This document shows, piece by piece, positions 1 through 10,049 of a stretch of DNA of 35,856 nt. The notes under the pieces are model-generated. The model searched no databases, was not told the DNA's origin, and saw only the letters and a program-made list of their open reading frames with translations. Every line of letters begins with the position of its first letter. The stretch's first letter is position 1. Location: the NCBI GenBank assembly GCA_039621445.1, contig CP154954.1:15457805-15493660 (forward strand), read 5' to 3'. The stretch is from Euglena gracilis. Taxonomy: Eukaryota. A program made the position numbers and the translations under genes.

Positions 1-1686
1 TGCACCAATATCTTCCTGCAAACGCTTAATACGCCTGCGGTGTTTGGACATATCGTCCAAAAGAGGGATTTTGTCAGAAAAAGACCGGAAATCTTGCGAA
101 ATTTTTCCAAAACCACCTTCCAATTCCCGTAGTCGCACAGCTAGAGTGTGCACCGCTTCGGAAATAGATTCCAGTTGTGGAGGTGGTTTGGAAGGAGGGG
201 TATTTTGCGGATTCCGCACGTTTTCAGCCATTGGCTGTTCCAAACACACAGAAACTTGCGCAGATAGCGCTAAGAAATCTTTTTGCAAGTTTTTGACTTG
301 CTGATTTACTGTTTCCTCGGTCCGTATCGGACTGTCACAAAATTTTCTCCTGACTTGGTGATTTTCATTACGCATATCTGCAGAAAATCGCTGAAATTCT
401 AAATTTTGTGAACATGGTACCGTATTGCGGTTTTGCAACTCCGCAATTGCGGTTTGGATGTCAACAATATTATTCTGCCACCGTTGGTGGTAAGCATCCT
501 GCCTGCTTGCGATATTCGCGATATGGGCGTAAAAACTTGTTATATCAGCAGAATTTTCACCACACCTACATGATTTTCGCTCCAACTTGGAAAGTCTTTC
601 CTCCAGTTGCTGCACATAAGTGCTGGAAGCGAAACCTTCACCAGGTTGGGTGTGCACATGGTGAAAATTTGCCGATTCACGGCTCAGTTGCATAATGCGC
701 TGTTGCGCTTCCTGGAATGCAGCAGCTAGGGTATCGAACTGCTTCAAGGTAACAAAATCTCCCATATCAGGATTTTTGTGGTCAAAAAGTGCCATTATTG
801 GCTCCACTTTTGTCAACAAATTTTGCAAACTATGTTGCATGTGCAAAAATGCCGCATCATCGCTGGATTGCACCTCACACAAATTTTCGCTCAGTCTCTG
901 AGAGTTTTGTGCGGGTGTGTCCTCCGTTGGAGGACATGCCAGCATGTGGTGAACCACATCAGTGGGTTGTTTGTCAATTGTGCCTGTAGGCACCGTTGCG
1001 ACATCCTGATGCAGGGAAATACAACAAGATGCGTGACTTTTATAATCACACTGGGCGATGGGTTGCTCGATGGAGCCACACGCCGATAGGCGTTGCACAC
1101 ATTGCGCAGCAGGGTTATCGCCTAAATCAAACACCGTTAGGTGTGGAAACTCCTGGGTGGGGAGATGCTCGATGGAGCTTGATACCTTTAGGCGTTGCAC
1201 CCTTTGGGTGTTGGAATGCTCGATAGAGCTGGGAACGGTGGGAGAATGCTCCATAGAGCTGGGGGTTGGACGTAATTGCTCGATAGAGCTGTCCACTGTG
1301 GCGGGATGCTCGATAGAGCGGGACACCGTTAGGTGTGGCACCCATTGGGTGGGGGGTTGCTCGATAGAGCTGTGGGGGGAATGCTCAATAGAGCTGGAAA
1401 ACGGGGTGGGGGAATGCTTGATAGAGCTCGAAAGCGGGGTGGGGGAATGCTCGGTAGAGCTGAAAATTATGGTAAGGGGATGCTCAATAGAGCTGAAAAC
1501 TGGGGTGTGGGGATGCTCAATAGAGCTGGAAACCACTGGGGTGGGGGAATGCTCAATAGAGCTGGGAGTTGCCCCATATAGGGCCACACACCTGGGTTGG
1601 AGCATATACTCCTGCAACAAATCTTCATCAAAGTTTCTCAAAGAACCAATCAAAGCTTTTGATGTGTTGGTGCTTGAGCTCTGCAT
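1..1686 (-). CDS. Long ORF (>=562 aa, runs off left edge), Ser/Pro-rich repeats then coiled-coil; probably a retroelement gag/ORF1-like protein
   Basis: Plus frame 1 has no TTA/CTA/TCA triplet from 1 to 1803, so the minus frame is open; ATG at 1686-1684 (MQSSSTNTSKALIGSLRNFDEDLLQEYML...). It contains SSIEH repeats and heptad-like segments (YVQQLEERLSKLERK, IVDIQTAIAELQNRN, LAVRLRELEGG). Absent from the ORF track because no stop lies in the window. The product call is inference. Confidence 0.6.
   Translation of the reverse strand, partial: MQSSSTNTSKALIGSLRNFDEDLLQEYMLQPRCVALYGATPSSIEHSPTPVVSSSIEHPHTPVFSSIEHPLTIIFSSTEHSPTPLSSSIKHSPTPFSSSIEHSPHSSIEQPPTQWVPHLTVSRSIEHPATVDSSIEQLRPTPSSMEHSPTVPSSIEHSNTQRVQRLKVSSSIEHLPTQEFPHLTVFDLGDNPAAQCVQRLSACGSIEQPIAQCDYKSHASCCISLHQDVATVPTGTIDKQPTDVVHHMLACPPTEDTPAQNSQRLSENLCEVQSSDDAAFLHMQHSLQNLLTKVEPIMALFDHKNPDMGDFVTLKQFDTLAAAFQEAQQRIMQLSRESANFHHVHTQPGEGFASSTYVQQLEERLSKLERKSCRCGENSADITSFYAHIANIASRQDAYHQRWQNNIVDIQTAIAELQNRNTVPCSQNLEFQRFSADMRNENHQVRRKFCDSPIRTEETVNQQVKNLQKDFLALSAQVSVCLEQPMAENVRNPQNTPPSKPPPQLESISEAVHTLAVRLRELEGGFGKISQDFRSFSDKIPLLDDMSKHRRRIKRLQEDIGA
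1063..1563 (-). repeat. Frame-preserving minisatellite (core TGCTCRATAGAGCT) encoding SSIEH repeats
   Basis: About 13 copies with spacings of 24, 30, 33, 36, 51 and 102 nt, all multiples of 3. Confidence 0.85.
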
Positions 1687-2249
1687 ATTTTTATTTATTT
1701 GCAGAAACAAGCACAAGAAAGCCCAAAAAGTAAGCAAAGGAACAAACTCAGAAGGATGTGGCAGCGTATACTGCCCAGAGCCTCCTGAAGCTCGTACCTG
1801 TGCTTAGAAGTTGGCTCCAAACAGCTCGTGGATGCTTTGTGGCCTATAGCCTCAACACCACTCACTGTTTGAAGTCACCTGTTAAGATGGGGGGAAGAAG
1901 GGGCGTAGGAAAGAAACCTAATCTGCTACCAAGTATACGTCCCCTGACTCTATTCCCACTGCCTGTCGGCCTACTTACACCCTCCCGTGGGAACAGAACC
2001 AGGAGAGTAACAAAAAGAAAATCTTTTACTTAACTATTAGTTTTTATTGCCTTTGGGCTTATGCAGAGCACAAGGCAGGTGGAGGAGCCCTATGGGCTAC
2101 GGAAATCGATGCCAAGTTCTTGGCTGTCCTTTCAGGACTTCAAATCAGAAAAATCAAACTTGAAACAGAAGTCTTGAATCAAAGACCAGAATGGAATAAA
2201 ATACCACCTGTGGAGAGGAGAACCAGAATTAGGCTTAGGTATTCCTAAT

Positions 2250-3695
2250 TCAGGCCGTTGGCCATCTGTAGGCATACCACCTAGCATAGTACTGTGTATG
2301 GGGCTCAGAGCTATATCTGGCCGTAGGCTTATACCTACATACACAGTACCATGGCCTTACGGCTGCCTGGTACACACCTGGGGCCAGAGTGCAAGTTGGT
2401 CGTCGGCAATGGGGCCGGGTGCTAGGTCGCAGGGATAGGGGTCCTTCACGTGGGGTTATCCGGTGAATAGGTCCCGGCTCGAGCTGAACGTCACCACAGA
2501 GTGTGACATCTTGGTGTCTGGGCCTCTCGGCTATGACAGCGTCGTTAGGGCTTATATCACCGTGTTGGTCACCTTGTTGGTAGTTTAGTTGCCTTTGTGC
2601 TGTCCGTCGTGCCCTCCGGACATGACGGTCAACTGAAATTACTGATCTTTTCGGACGTAAGAAGGCCATGATGTCCAGGATATCAACGGTGTGTGCATTC
2701 AATGGGGAGAGGTCGGACGAGGAGGGCTCCGTTGGAGGTACTCTGGGGAAAGTGCCTCTCGGCCGGAGAACGTTGGGTAGTGTCATTAGGTGAATAGGGG
2801 GCAGGTAGAGGTGAAAGGCCTCGCCGACGTTGCATACTTCGGACCATAAAACAGTCAGCAACCACATACTGGCATGTACACTCGATGGGGAGTCGTGACG
2901 TGGTGGTCGATGTGGCAATAGCCCTATGAGCACAAACAGAACTCCTCTCAAAACTTCCCAGCATTCGGTGAGCTCATAGACGGTAGTGTTCTCAACCAGG
3001 ACATCGGAAAGGAAGGCGTCTCGGAAACTTTGAAGTTCTGCATCCACCTCTTGAAGGCTCGCCAGCAATCTGTGCCGGATGAAGTTTTCTTGAAGTCCCC
3101 TGGAGACAGGGATTGTTGGTCTTTCCATGGTAGCCAGACGGAAGTAGATGGGTCCTGGTTGTGTTTGGACGTCACCATGGGTGGTGATTCGTTCCCCCCT
3201 TCCAGTCGGCTGGTGTCCTTCTGAAAACTTTTCCCGGGTTTGTTCTGCCGTGTGTCCTCGGCTTGTTATGGAGTGTACTTTTGCTGTCTCAGTAGATGGA
3301 AATACTGTGGCTGAAAAAACAGGGCAGGTTTCCCTGTGGTGCAAGCACCAACCTGCCGAGGCAGTGATGGTTTCAATGTCACACAAAGTGCATTTCAGCC
3401 AGTATGTAGCTTTGGGAAGAAGTGATTGGGAGGAGCCATCGGGGCCTTGCCGCAACGGTAGTTCGGCCTTGATCCGAAAGAAATCAGTCATGTTCATGGC
3501 AACAAGTTGGTCCAATAAATCCATGACTTCACCACAGGGTCCATTAAAAGCCGTCAGCGGGCCTGGATTGGTTTCCACATCACCCATTGTTGTCAGAGAA
3601 TCACCTCGCCCCGTCTTCAGATATGCATCTTCCGGTTTCTTCCCCCCGTGCGGGCTTGCAGGGCAGGGGTGTATGTCGCCGGCTGTTTCTGCCAT
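2250..3695 (-). CDS. 481-aa ORF with multiple 2A-like motifs and a CxxC...HxxxC Zn-finger-like motif; likely part of a retroelement polyprotein
   Basis: TGRGDSLTTMGDVETNPGP (3558-3614), TGRGERITTHGDVQTQPGP (3150-3206), RHQDVTLCGDVQLEPGP (2469-2519), weaker GDIHPCPA and GDISPND; Zn-finger-like KCTLCDIETITASAGWCLHHRETC. Confidence 0.65.
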   Translation of the reverse strand: MAETAGDIHPCPASPHGGKKPEDAYLKTGRGDSLTTMGDVETNPGPLTAFNGPCGEVMDLLDQLVAMNMTDFFRIKAELPLRQGPDGSSQSLLPKATYWLKCTLCDIETITASAGWCLHHRETCPVFSATVFPSTETAKVHSITSRGHTAEQTREKFSEGHQPTGRGERITTHGDVQTQPGPIYFRLATMERPTIPVSRGLQENFIRHRLLASLQEVDAELQSFRDAFLSDVLVENTTVYELTECWEVLRGVLFVLIGLLPHRPPRHDSPSSVHASMWLLTVLWSEVCNVGEAFHLYLPPIHLMTLPNVLRPRGTFPRVPPTEPSSSDLSPLNAHTVDILDIMAFLRPKRSVISVDRHVRRARRTAQRQLNYQQGDQHGDISPNDAVIAERPRHQDVTLCGDVQLEPGPIHRITPREGPLSLRPSTRPHCRRPTCTLAPGVYQAAVRPWYCVCRYKPTARYSSEPHTQYYARWYAYRWPTA

Positions 3696-3761
3696 GCGGA
3701 GGGGCTCCCATTAGGAAATCCTAATAGGATGTTCTTCCATCCTAACTTCCTCATCGGGCAC

Positions 3762-3787
3762 ACTTTCTGAGTGTCTATTTTTTTTCG
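3762..3787 (+). other. Euglena-type spliced-leader exon sequence (relict SL), not followed by an SL-RNA intron
   Basis: ACTTTCTGAGTGTCTATTTTTTTTCG matches the 26-nt Euglena SL exon as I recall it; the next bases are TTCGCATATCATG, not a GT donor. Confidence 0.9.
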
Positions 3788-4147
3788 TTCGCATATCATG
3801 TCGGACAACTGAAAGCCCCTGGTGGGGTTCAAGCTTTCAACTACCTGAAGTTCCAACTTACAACTCAAGTCAGTGAAATATTGAAGCTGCCTTGACAGAA
3901 GCACAAGTTCGACACAGAAGTACAAATCCGAGATACAGTACAGCAAAGACAATTACTGGAGCTGTCTGGAGCAGTGAAGTGGTTCATCTCCTTGCGGCTG
4001 TTGCAGGAGCACACCATCCTCTGCTACACCAGTTGGCTGGAAGCATTACCTCTGTTTCACTTTACTTTGCTGTACCATCTGTGCTGTAACATAGCGACCA
4101 CTGTCCCACCCTGCACTATGGCCCCAGGGCCTTCTGAACACTCCAGA

Positions 4148-4880
4148 GATGTGGCCCCAGGGCCCCAGACTTTTGCCATGATGATCCCAGATTTTGCCCC
4201 AGGGCCCAACAGATTTCAAGCCAAAAAGAACACTTACACAGAAAAGTTTTTCAGAGCTGTGGCCCCAGGGCCCAAGGCCTTTGCCATGATGCTCCCAGAT
4301 TTTGCCCCAGGGCTCAACACATTACAAATGAAAATGGACACTGGCACAGGAAAGTTTTTCAGAGACGTGGCCCCAGGGCCCCAGGCAGAGTTTTCCCCAG
4401 GGCTCAACAGATTTCAAGTCCAAATGGACACTGGCACAGGACAGTTTTTCGGAGATGTGGCCCCAGGGCACAAGACTTTTGCCATGTTGCTCCCAGATTT
4501 TCCCCCAGGGCTCAACACATTTCAAGTCAAAATGGACACTGGCACAGGAAAGTTTCTCAGGGATATGGCCCCAGAGCCCAAGGCTTTTGCCAGGATGCTC
4601 CCAGATTTTGCCCCAGGGCTCAACACATTTCAAGTCAAAACGGACACCTGCACAGGAAAGTTTTTCAGAGATGTGGCTCCAGGACCCCAGGCAGATTTTG
4701 CCCCAGGGCTCAACACATTTCAAATCAAAATGGACACGGGCACAGAAAAGTTTTTCAAAGATGTGGGCTCAGGACCCCCGGCTTTTGCCACGATGCTCCC
4801 AGACTTTGCCCCAGGGCTCAACACATTTCAAGTCAAAATGGACACTTGCGCAGGAAAGGTTTTAGGAGAAGTGGCCCCTC
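4148..4880 (+). repeat. Coding tandem repeat, 108/108/90-nt higher-order array
   Basis: Unit starts at 4148, 4256, 4364, 4454, 4562, 4670, 4760, 4868; encodes DVAPGPKAFAMMLPDFAPGLNTFQVKMDTGTGKFFR in ORF 3974-4954. Confidence 0.9.
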
Positions 4881-4918
4881 GAATAACAACTGGGACAAAC
4901 GTTAAAACACCCTACCAG

Positions 4919-5090
4919 CAAGGTTCCCGGGCTGTTTTTAAACAAGTTGTTTAAAACAGGTTTTTTTCCTATTTGTGGTGTTTTCTTTAAAAAAAGCACC
5001 CCTTTATAAAACAAAAAACAGTTTTTAAACCGTTTTTTATTCATGAAAGTTTTTTTGCTTTGTTTTAAAACAAAAAAAACGGGAACCTTG
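4919..5090. mobile_element. hAT-type MITE (172 bp)
   Basis: TIR CAAGGTTCCCG/CGGGAACCTTG; perfect 8-bp TSD CCTACCAG at 4911-4918 and 5091-5098; removal restores the host reading frame. Confidence 0.9.
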
Positions 5091-5098
5091 CCTACCAG

Positions 5099-5248
5099 GG
5101 AAGACAGGATCTGCTCTCCTGCGGGGACGTCCCCACGCACCCTGGACCGACGCATCACTCCAGAACAGACCACACGCACAGCCCGAACGTCCGGCTGGGG
5201 AGAGGAAGCATCCTCACCTGTGGTGACGTGGAACAAAACCCGGGCCCA
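5099..5248 (+). other. Two tandem 2A/StopGo-like peptides
   Basis: GRQDLLSCGDVPTHPGP (5099-5149) and LGRGSILTCGDVEQNPGP (5195-5248); the latter is 15/18 identical to T2A, EGRGSLLTCGDVEENPGP. Confidence 0.85.
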
Positions 5249-5523
5249 CCGGGAAAGACGCCCCGAGTACGGCCACGGGAAGAAAACAATGCTGAACCGC
5301 AACAGGGCACAGATGATCAAATCACCGCCACATTCACTGATTTAGCACACCCGGCAGGACCACCATTGGGGAGCGCAGATGCTGCAACAGTCACAAATGC
5401 GGCAGGCAATGCCTCCAACTTGCGAAGCTTACCCGACCAACCCTTCGCATGCAACATGAGGGCCCCGAAGTGCTTCAAACGCCGGCTTCAACCATCCGAC
5501 ACCTCCCAGTCTCGACCCAACAA

Positions 5524-5775
5524 GGGGGGTTGGTACACCCCCCCCCCCCCCACCACTCCGAGTGCTTCCCCACGCCATTACCCCCCCTCCCCCCCCCTAG
5601 CCGGACCCCCTCGCCACGCCACCGGCGATTTTCGCGATTTTTTGAACGAAAATTTTGTTGGCGACCATGGTACACCCCCCCCCCCCCCCCTCGTCGCCGC
5701 CCCCCTCGCCACGCCATTTCCCCCCCCTCCCCCCCCCCCTATTCGGACCCCCTCGCCACGGCGTACCAACCCCCC
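5524..5775. mobile_element. MITE, TIR GGGGGGTTGGTAC (copy 1)
   Basis: Inverted ends; highly similar to 7029-7284; no clean TSD at this copy. Confidence 0.85.
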
Positions 5776-6433
5776 ACAGTCTTCTCATGGGCACTACAAA
5801 GATACACGACACAACCAACGGAGGAGTCCCTATTCGGGGTTCTAGCCCTGCCGAAATTAACCCTGAGAGCTGTCAAACTCAAGGGGAAGTTCTCAAGAGA
5901 CATTCTTGAAAGCACAATTCTCCAACGCCTCCACCTCTTCAGACAAGGAGGATGGGCAGAACTGGCAAGTAGCTTGCTAGAGGAATTCAGTTGCGCACAA
6001 CAAACAGGAACAGAGACCCGCTCCCAAAAAAAGATCCGGGAGGACCCCTCTTGTGCAAAAAACTGAAATCTCTTGACCAGCATCCGGCGTCTCGTAGGAG
6101 AAGGGGCGGCGCGAAAAGCCATCCAGGTCCTACAGAGCAAAGGAACGCAAGACGTGCGAGACCCACGGGTACTTCAGAAATTGCAAGACTTACACCCAAA
6201 AGCAGACCGCCCAATTGTCACGCGCCCACCACCTGAAACCCTGAACAAATCACATGACGCAGCAGTTTGGTCAAGCATGGTGAAAGAAAGTGTCCTCAAA
6301 TTCAACCGCACCAACGCGCCAGGACCCTCTGGTCTCCGCATCAGCCACCTCCAAGACTGCCTTCGCCGCCCGGGCAATGTGGCTCTCCTGCAACAAGCCC
6401 TAACGGACTTCTGCATCAAGTGGGACAAAGGTG

Positions 6434-6798
6434 CCATCCCCCCCCCCCCGAGCTATCCCCCCCCCCCCGAGCTATTCCCATTCGGGGTACGGGAATAGCT
6501 CACTGTCATAGCACTTTTTATGAAGAACTTCCTAAGAAAGTGGTCAAAAATCGACGTTTTTGGACCATTTTCAAAAATCACCTTTTGGCAAATGTGCTCA
6601 AAATTGACCATTTTTTTGCCAACATCCAAAAAGTTGCCAAAAATGACCCCTTTTGGGTTGCCCGAGGGTCGGGTATGGGAATAGCTCGGGGGGGGGACCT
6701 AGGTCCCCCCCCCGAGCTGTTCCCCCCCCGTACTGTTCCCATTGGGCCGTAAAGGGTCCCGGGGACGGGAATAGCTCGGGGGGGGGGGGCATGGTGTA
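6434..6798. mobile_element. MITE with GAGCTATTCCC/GGGAATAGCTC subterminal repeats
   Basis: Inverted poly-C/poly-G ends with the repeated motif; interrupts WDKGAI|PQPHSHIW of the RT frame; left end looks damaged, possible TA target. Confidence 0.75.
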
Positions 6799-7028
6799 TC
6801 CCACAACCGCATTCCCACATTTGGTGCTCAGCCTCACTGACAGCACTCACCAAAGAAGGAGGAGGGACACGACCAATTGCCGTCGGGGAAACACTGAGAA
6901 GAGTCGCCGGAAAAACAATCCTGAAGCACCCGCAAGTCCGCAATGAATTGGAATCATTCCTACCAATACAATTGTGACTGGGAGTACCAAATGCTACAGA
7001 GTTCATCGCGCAAGGTGCACAACACATT

Positions 7029-7284
7029 GGGGGGTTGGTACACCCCTCCCCCCCCCCCCTCTCCGAGGGCCTCGCCCCCCCCTTTCCCCCCCCCCCCCCC
7101 CCCCCCTAGCCGGACCCCCTCGCCACGCCACCGGCGATTTTCGCAATTTTTTGAACGAGAATTTTGTTGGAAAACCATGGTACACCCCTCCCCCCCCCCT
7201 GGTTGCCGACCCCCTCGCCACGCCATTTACCCCCCCCTCCCCCCCCCCTATTCGGACCCCCTCGCCACGGCGTACCAACCCCCC
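7029..7284. mobile_element. MITE, TIR GGGGGGTTGGTAC (copy 2)
   Basis: Flanked by duplicated ATT (or CATTG if the TIR has 5 G); excision restores AQHIVQALQ in the RT frame. Confidence 0.9.
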
Positions 7285-9620
7285 ATTGTACAAGCACTTC
7301 AAGCATCCTCCAATTGGGCGCTCTTGCAGGTGGACTTCCGCAAAGCCTTCAACAATTCGCACAGAACCCAAATGTGAATGAACCCCAGTGCGATTAAAAT
7401 TTTAACTCTCACATGGTGGGGTTGAAATTAAAATTTAAGACTCACGAGGGGGGGGCTGAAAATTTAAATTTTCAGTCTCACGGCAGGGGGGGGGATTGAT
7501 ATCCGCAATTTTTCCGCAATTTCCGCAATTTTCCGCAGTTTCCGCAATTTTCCGCAATTTTCCACATTTTTCCCGCAATTTCCGCAATTTTTCCGCAATT
7601 TTCCACCATTTTTTTGAAGAATTTTTTCCCCACCACCGAAGATGGAAGATGCAATGAGTTCAAGCCATTCTTCAAATGGATCAACAGGTGTGCGATTGTG
7701 TTTTGTTGTCCCCCCCAGTTTACCAATTTTTCTCACAGGTGCACCACTGGTCACAGGAGACAAGGGCACAGGGGGGGAGGGGGGGGTCCGAGGGGGGGGG
7801 TTGGAAGCTGTACAGGGGGGGCAGGGGGGGGGTCCCCAGAAAATCACAACTGTACTGCCTACCCCCGAGACAGTTGCGACATTTTTCGTCCAATTGAGGT
7901 TGGCAATGATGGATTTTGCGAAATTCAGATGCATTTTGCAAAACATTTGTGTCTTGTAAAAGAGTGGTAGCCAGTATTTTCACTTTAAACACTTAACGTG
8001 ACCCCCCCTTATTTGTCCCCCCCCCCCTAATTGGCCAGAGCCCAGGTGGCCAATTAGGGGGGGGGGGTTCTCATTTCAAGGGAAAATGCCTTTATTCGGG
8101 TGTTTTTCGGGGGTTCGCGATTATGAAGGACGGGGTCCAGATGGCCAATTGCGGGGGGTTAGGGCAGCGGTGTCGGAACAATTTTTTCCCGCGGGGGGGG
8201 CGAGGAACCGACAAAATTTGGAGCACATCCTTCTTTTCCCCGGCGCGAAGCGCCGAGGAAAATTTTTTTCATGGCGCAACCAAAATGTACTTTTTTCTGT
8301 CCCCTTGGCCCCGAAGGGGCCGAGACGCTAACGCCTTTTTTGAAGACCAATGCTCCAAAAACTTGAGCTGGAAAGCGAAATCATGGGAGGCTAGGCGTGC
8401 CGCTCCGGGGGGTCCGGGCCCCCCCCCCCCCCCGCCCGCCCCCCCCCCCCCCTCAACCCCCCCCCACTGTGCCCAGCATAGCCAAGAAAAACGCATTTTT
8501 TTGAGCAAAAATTGCCCAAAAATGGCCAAAAATGGCCACTTTTTGGAACCAAAAATGGGCCGCGTGCCGCCCTCGGACCCCCCTCCCACCCCTCCGCCCC
8601 CCACGCGGCCGCCCGTGTGGCCGCTCGCCTCAGCCCCCCCCCCACTGTGCCTAGCCTCCATGGGTAGAACCCCTTTGCAAACCTCCCAATTCAACCCCTG
8701 TCGACTTCGCAACCTGGGGGGTGCAGAAGTCATTTTTTTTCACTTTGCGCAAAATCATTTTTTTTTCGTTGACCCGAAGAGTTTCCCCCAAACTCGGCTG
8801 GTCAAGAAAATGGAGGGAGGGGGACATATGGGGATATCAGTTTGTATTCAAACAGCCAAGGTGAAAGTGGTTTGTGGGGTCCCAAAGGAGCACCAAACCC
8901 CCATGAGGCTTTTTTTTAAAAAAAAAATAATTTTTCTTAGGGGGCACTACCCCTGTGCCCCCCCCCCCCCCAGTTACACCCCCGTGACCCCCCCCGTGAC
9001 CTGAGAATCGATCCTTCGCCATTCTTTTTTTTCAGCATTTTTTTAAAAAAAAAACAATGAACTTTCATGTATCCTTTTCCGCCCAATGCGCCTTCACACC
9101 CAAAAATGGGGGGTCACGGGGGAAGTATGACACTTTGCAGGTAGCCAGGAGGCAACATCCATGACGTGGCATCGCGATAAAATTGGTCATTTTTTGAAAA
9201 GGGAATTTTGTTAGGATTTTCTTGACCAACACGTTTTTGGGATGAAGTTTGGGCCATTTTTGACAAAATTCCGTTTTGGGTGGGGAAATGCACCAGTTTT
9301 TGGCACTTCTTTCAGGGGAAAAGTTTTTTTGGCCCCCGCCCCGTGACCCCCCCCCCCATGAGGGCTGAAAATTAAAATTTCAGTCTCATTGGGGGGGGGC
9401 TGAAAATTGAAATTTAAGTCTCACATGGGGGGGGCTGAAAATTCCATGTGGAACAAAACTAGTTAGGTGTGGCACCAAACCGGTTCCAAGAAGTTGCACA
9501 AAACTGGCCAAAAGATGTGGTGCCAAGACTGGCCTCATATGTGGTACCAGACTGGTGCCAAGATGTTGCCCGAAAACTGGCCCCCACATGTGAATCTGAA
9601 TCAAACAGTTGTAAAGCAAA

Positions 9621-10049
9621 CATAGCTGGCACTTCGTTTAAAACGAAGTCAAAAAAAACACGTTTTTTTAAAAAAAAACATGTTTTTTTTAAAAAAAATA
9701 AAAAAAAACGCCATTGAGAGTCCAGGGCAAAAAATTTTTTTTGCCTTTAATTTTAGCTTTTTTTGCCCGTCCTCGGTCAGAGAAAGACACCAAATTTGGG
9801 ATGTTTCAAGTTGAAACATCCCAAAATGGCAGAAAAATGCCCTATTTTGACCATTCTTGTTGAAGATAATCAAAAGTATTGGTTTTCAAGTCATTTGAGC
9901 TAAGATTGGTTCACCCTTGCGATCAAAGGCAAAATTTGGACCATCATTTTCCCCTTTGTTTTTTTTGCCGTTTTTTTTGCCCGTTTTTTTTAATAAAAAA
10001 CAAAAAAAACGTTTTTTTTTAAAAAAAAAACAAAAAAACGCCAGCTATG
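9621..10049. mobile_element. hAT-type MITE
   Basis: TIR CATAGCTGGC/GCCAGCTATG; perfect 8-bp TSD AAAGCAAA at 9613-9620 and 10050-10057. Confidence 0.9.

Larger units (their letters stand above)
3762..7377 (+). mobile_element. Decayed, 3'-truncated CRE/SLACS-clade non-LTR retrotransposon interrupted by four MITEs
   Basis: After removing the inserts the RT region reads TIRHLP...LALPKLTL...RLHLFRQGGWAEL...KAIQVLQSKG...LQKLQDLHP...NAPGPSGLRISHL...WCSASLTALTKEGGGTRPIAVGETLRRVAGK...PIQL*LGVPNATE...LLQVDFRKAFNNSHR, typical CRE-clade pre-RT and RT motifs. It has in-frame stops and frameshifts; the catalytic YxDD motif and the endonuclease are not present. Confidence 0.85.

Noticed and set aside
1063-1563. 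CRISPR-like repeat-spacer pattern
   Set aside because: Short degenerate repeats with related, irregular spacers inside an ORF; eukaryotic context; no cas genes.
1058-1807. Plus-strand 249-aa GECSIEL repeat ORF
   Set aside because: Antisense shadow of the longer minus-strand ORF; open only because repeat spacings are multiples of 3.
3762-3900. SL-RNA gene
   Set aside because: No GT donor directly after the exon and no recognisable 5S rRNA gene or tandem SL array nearby.
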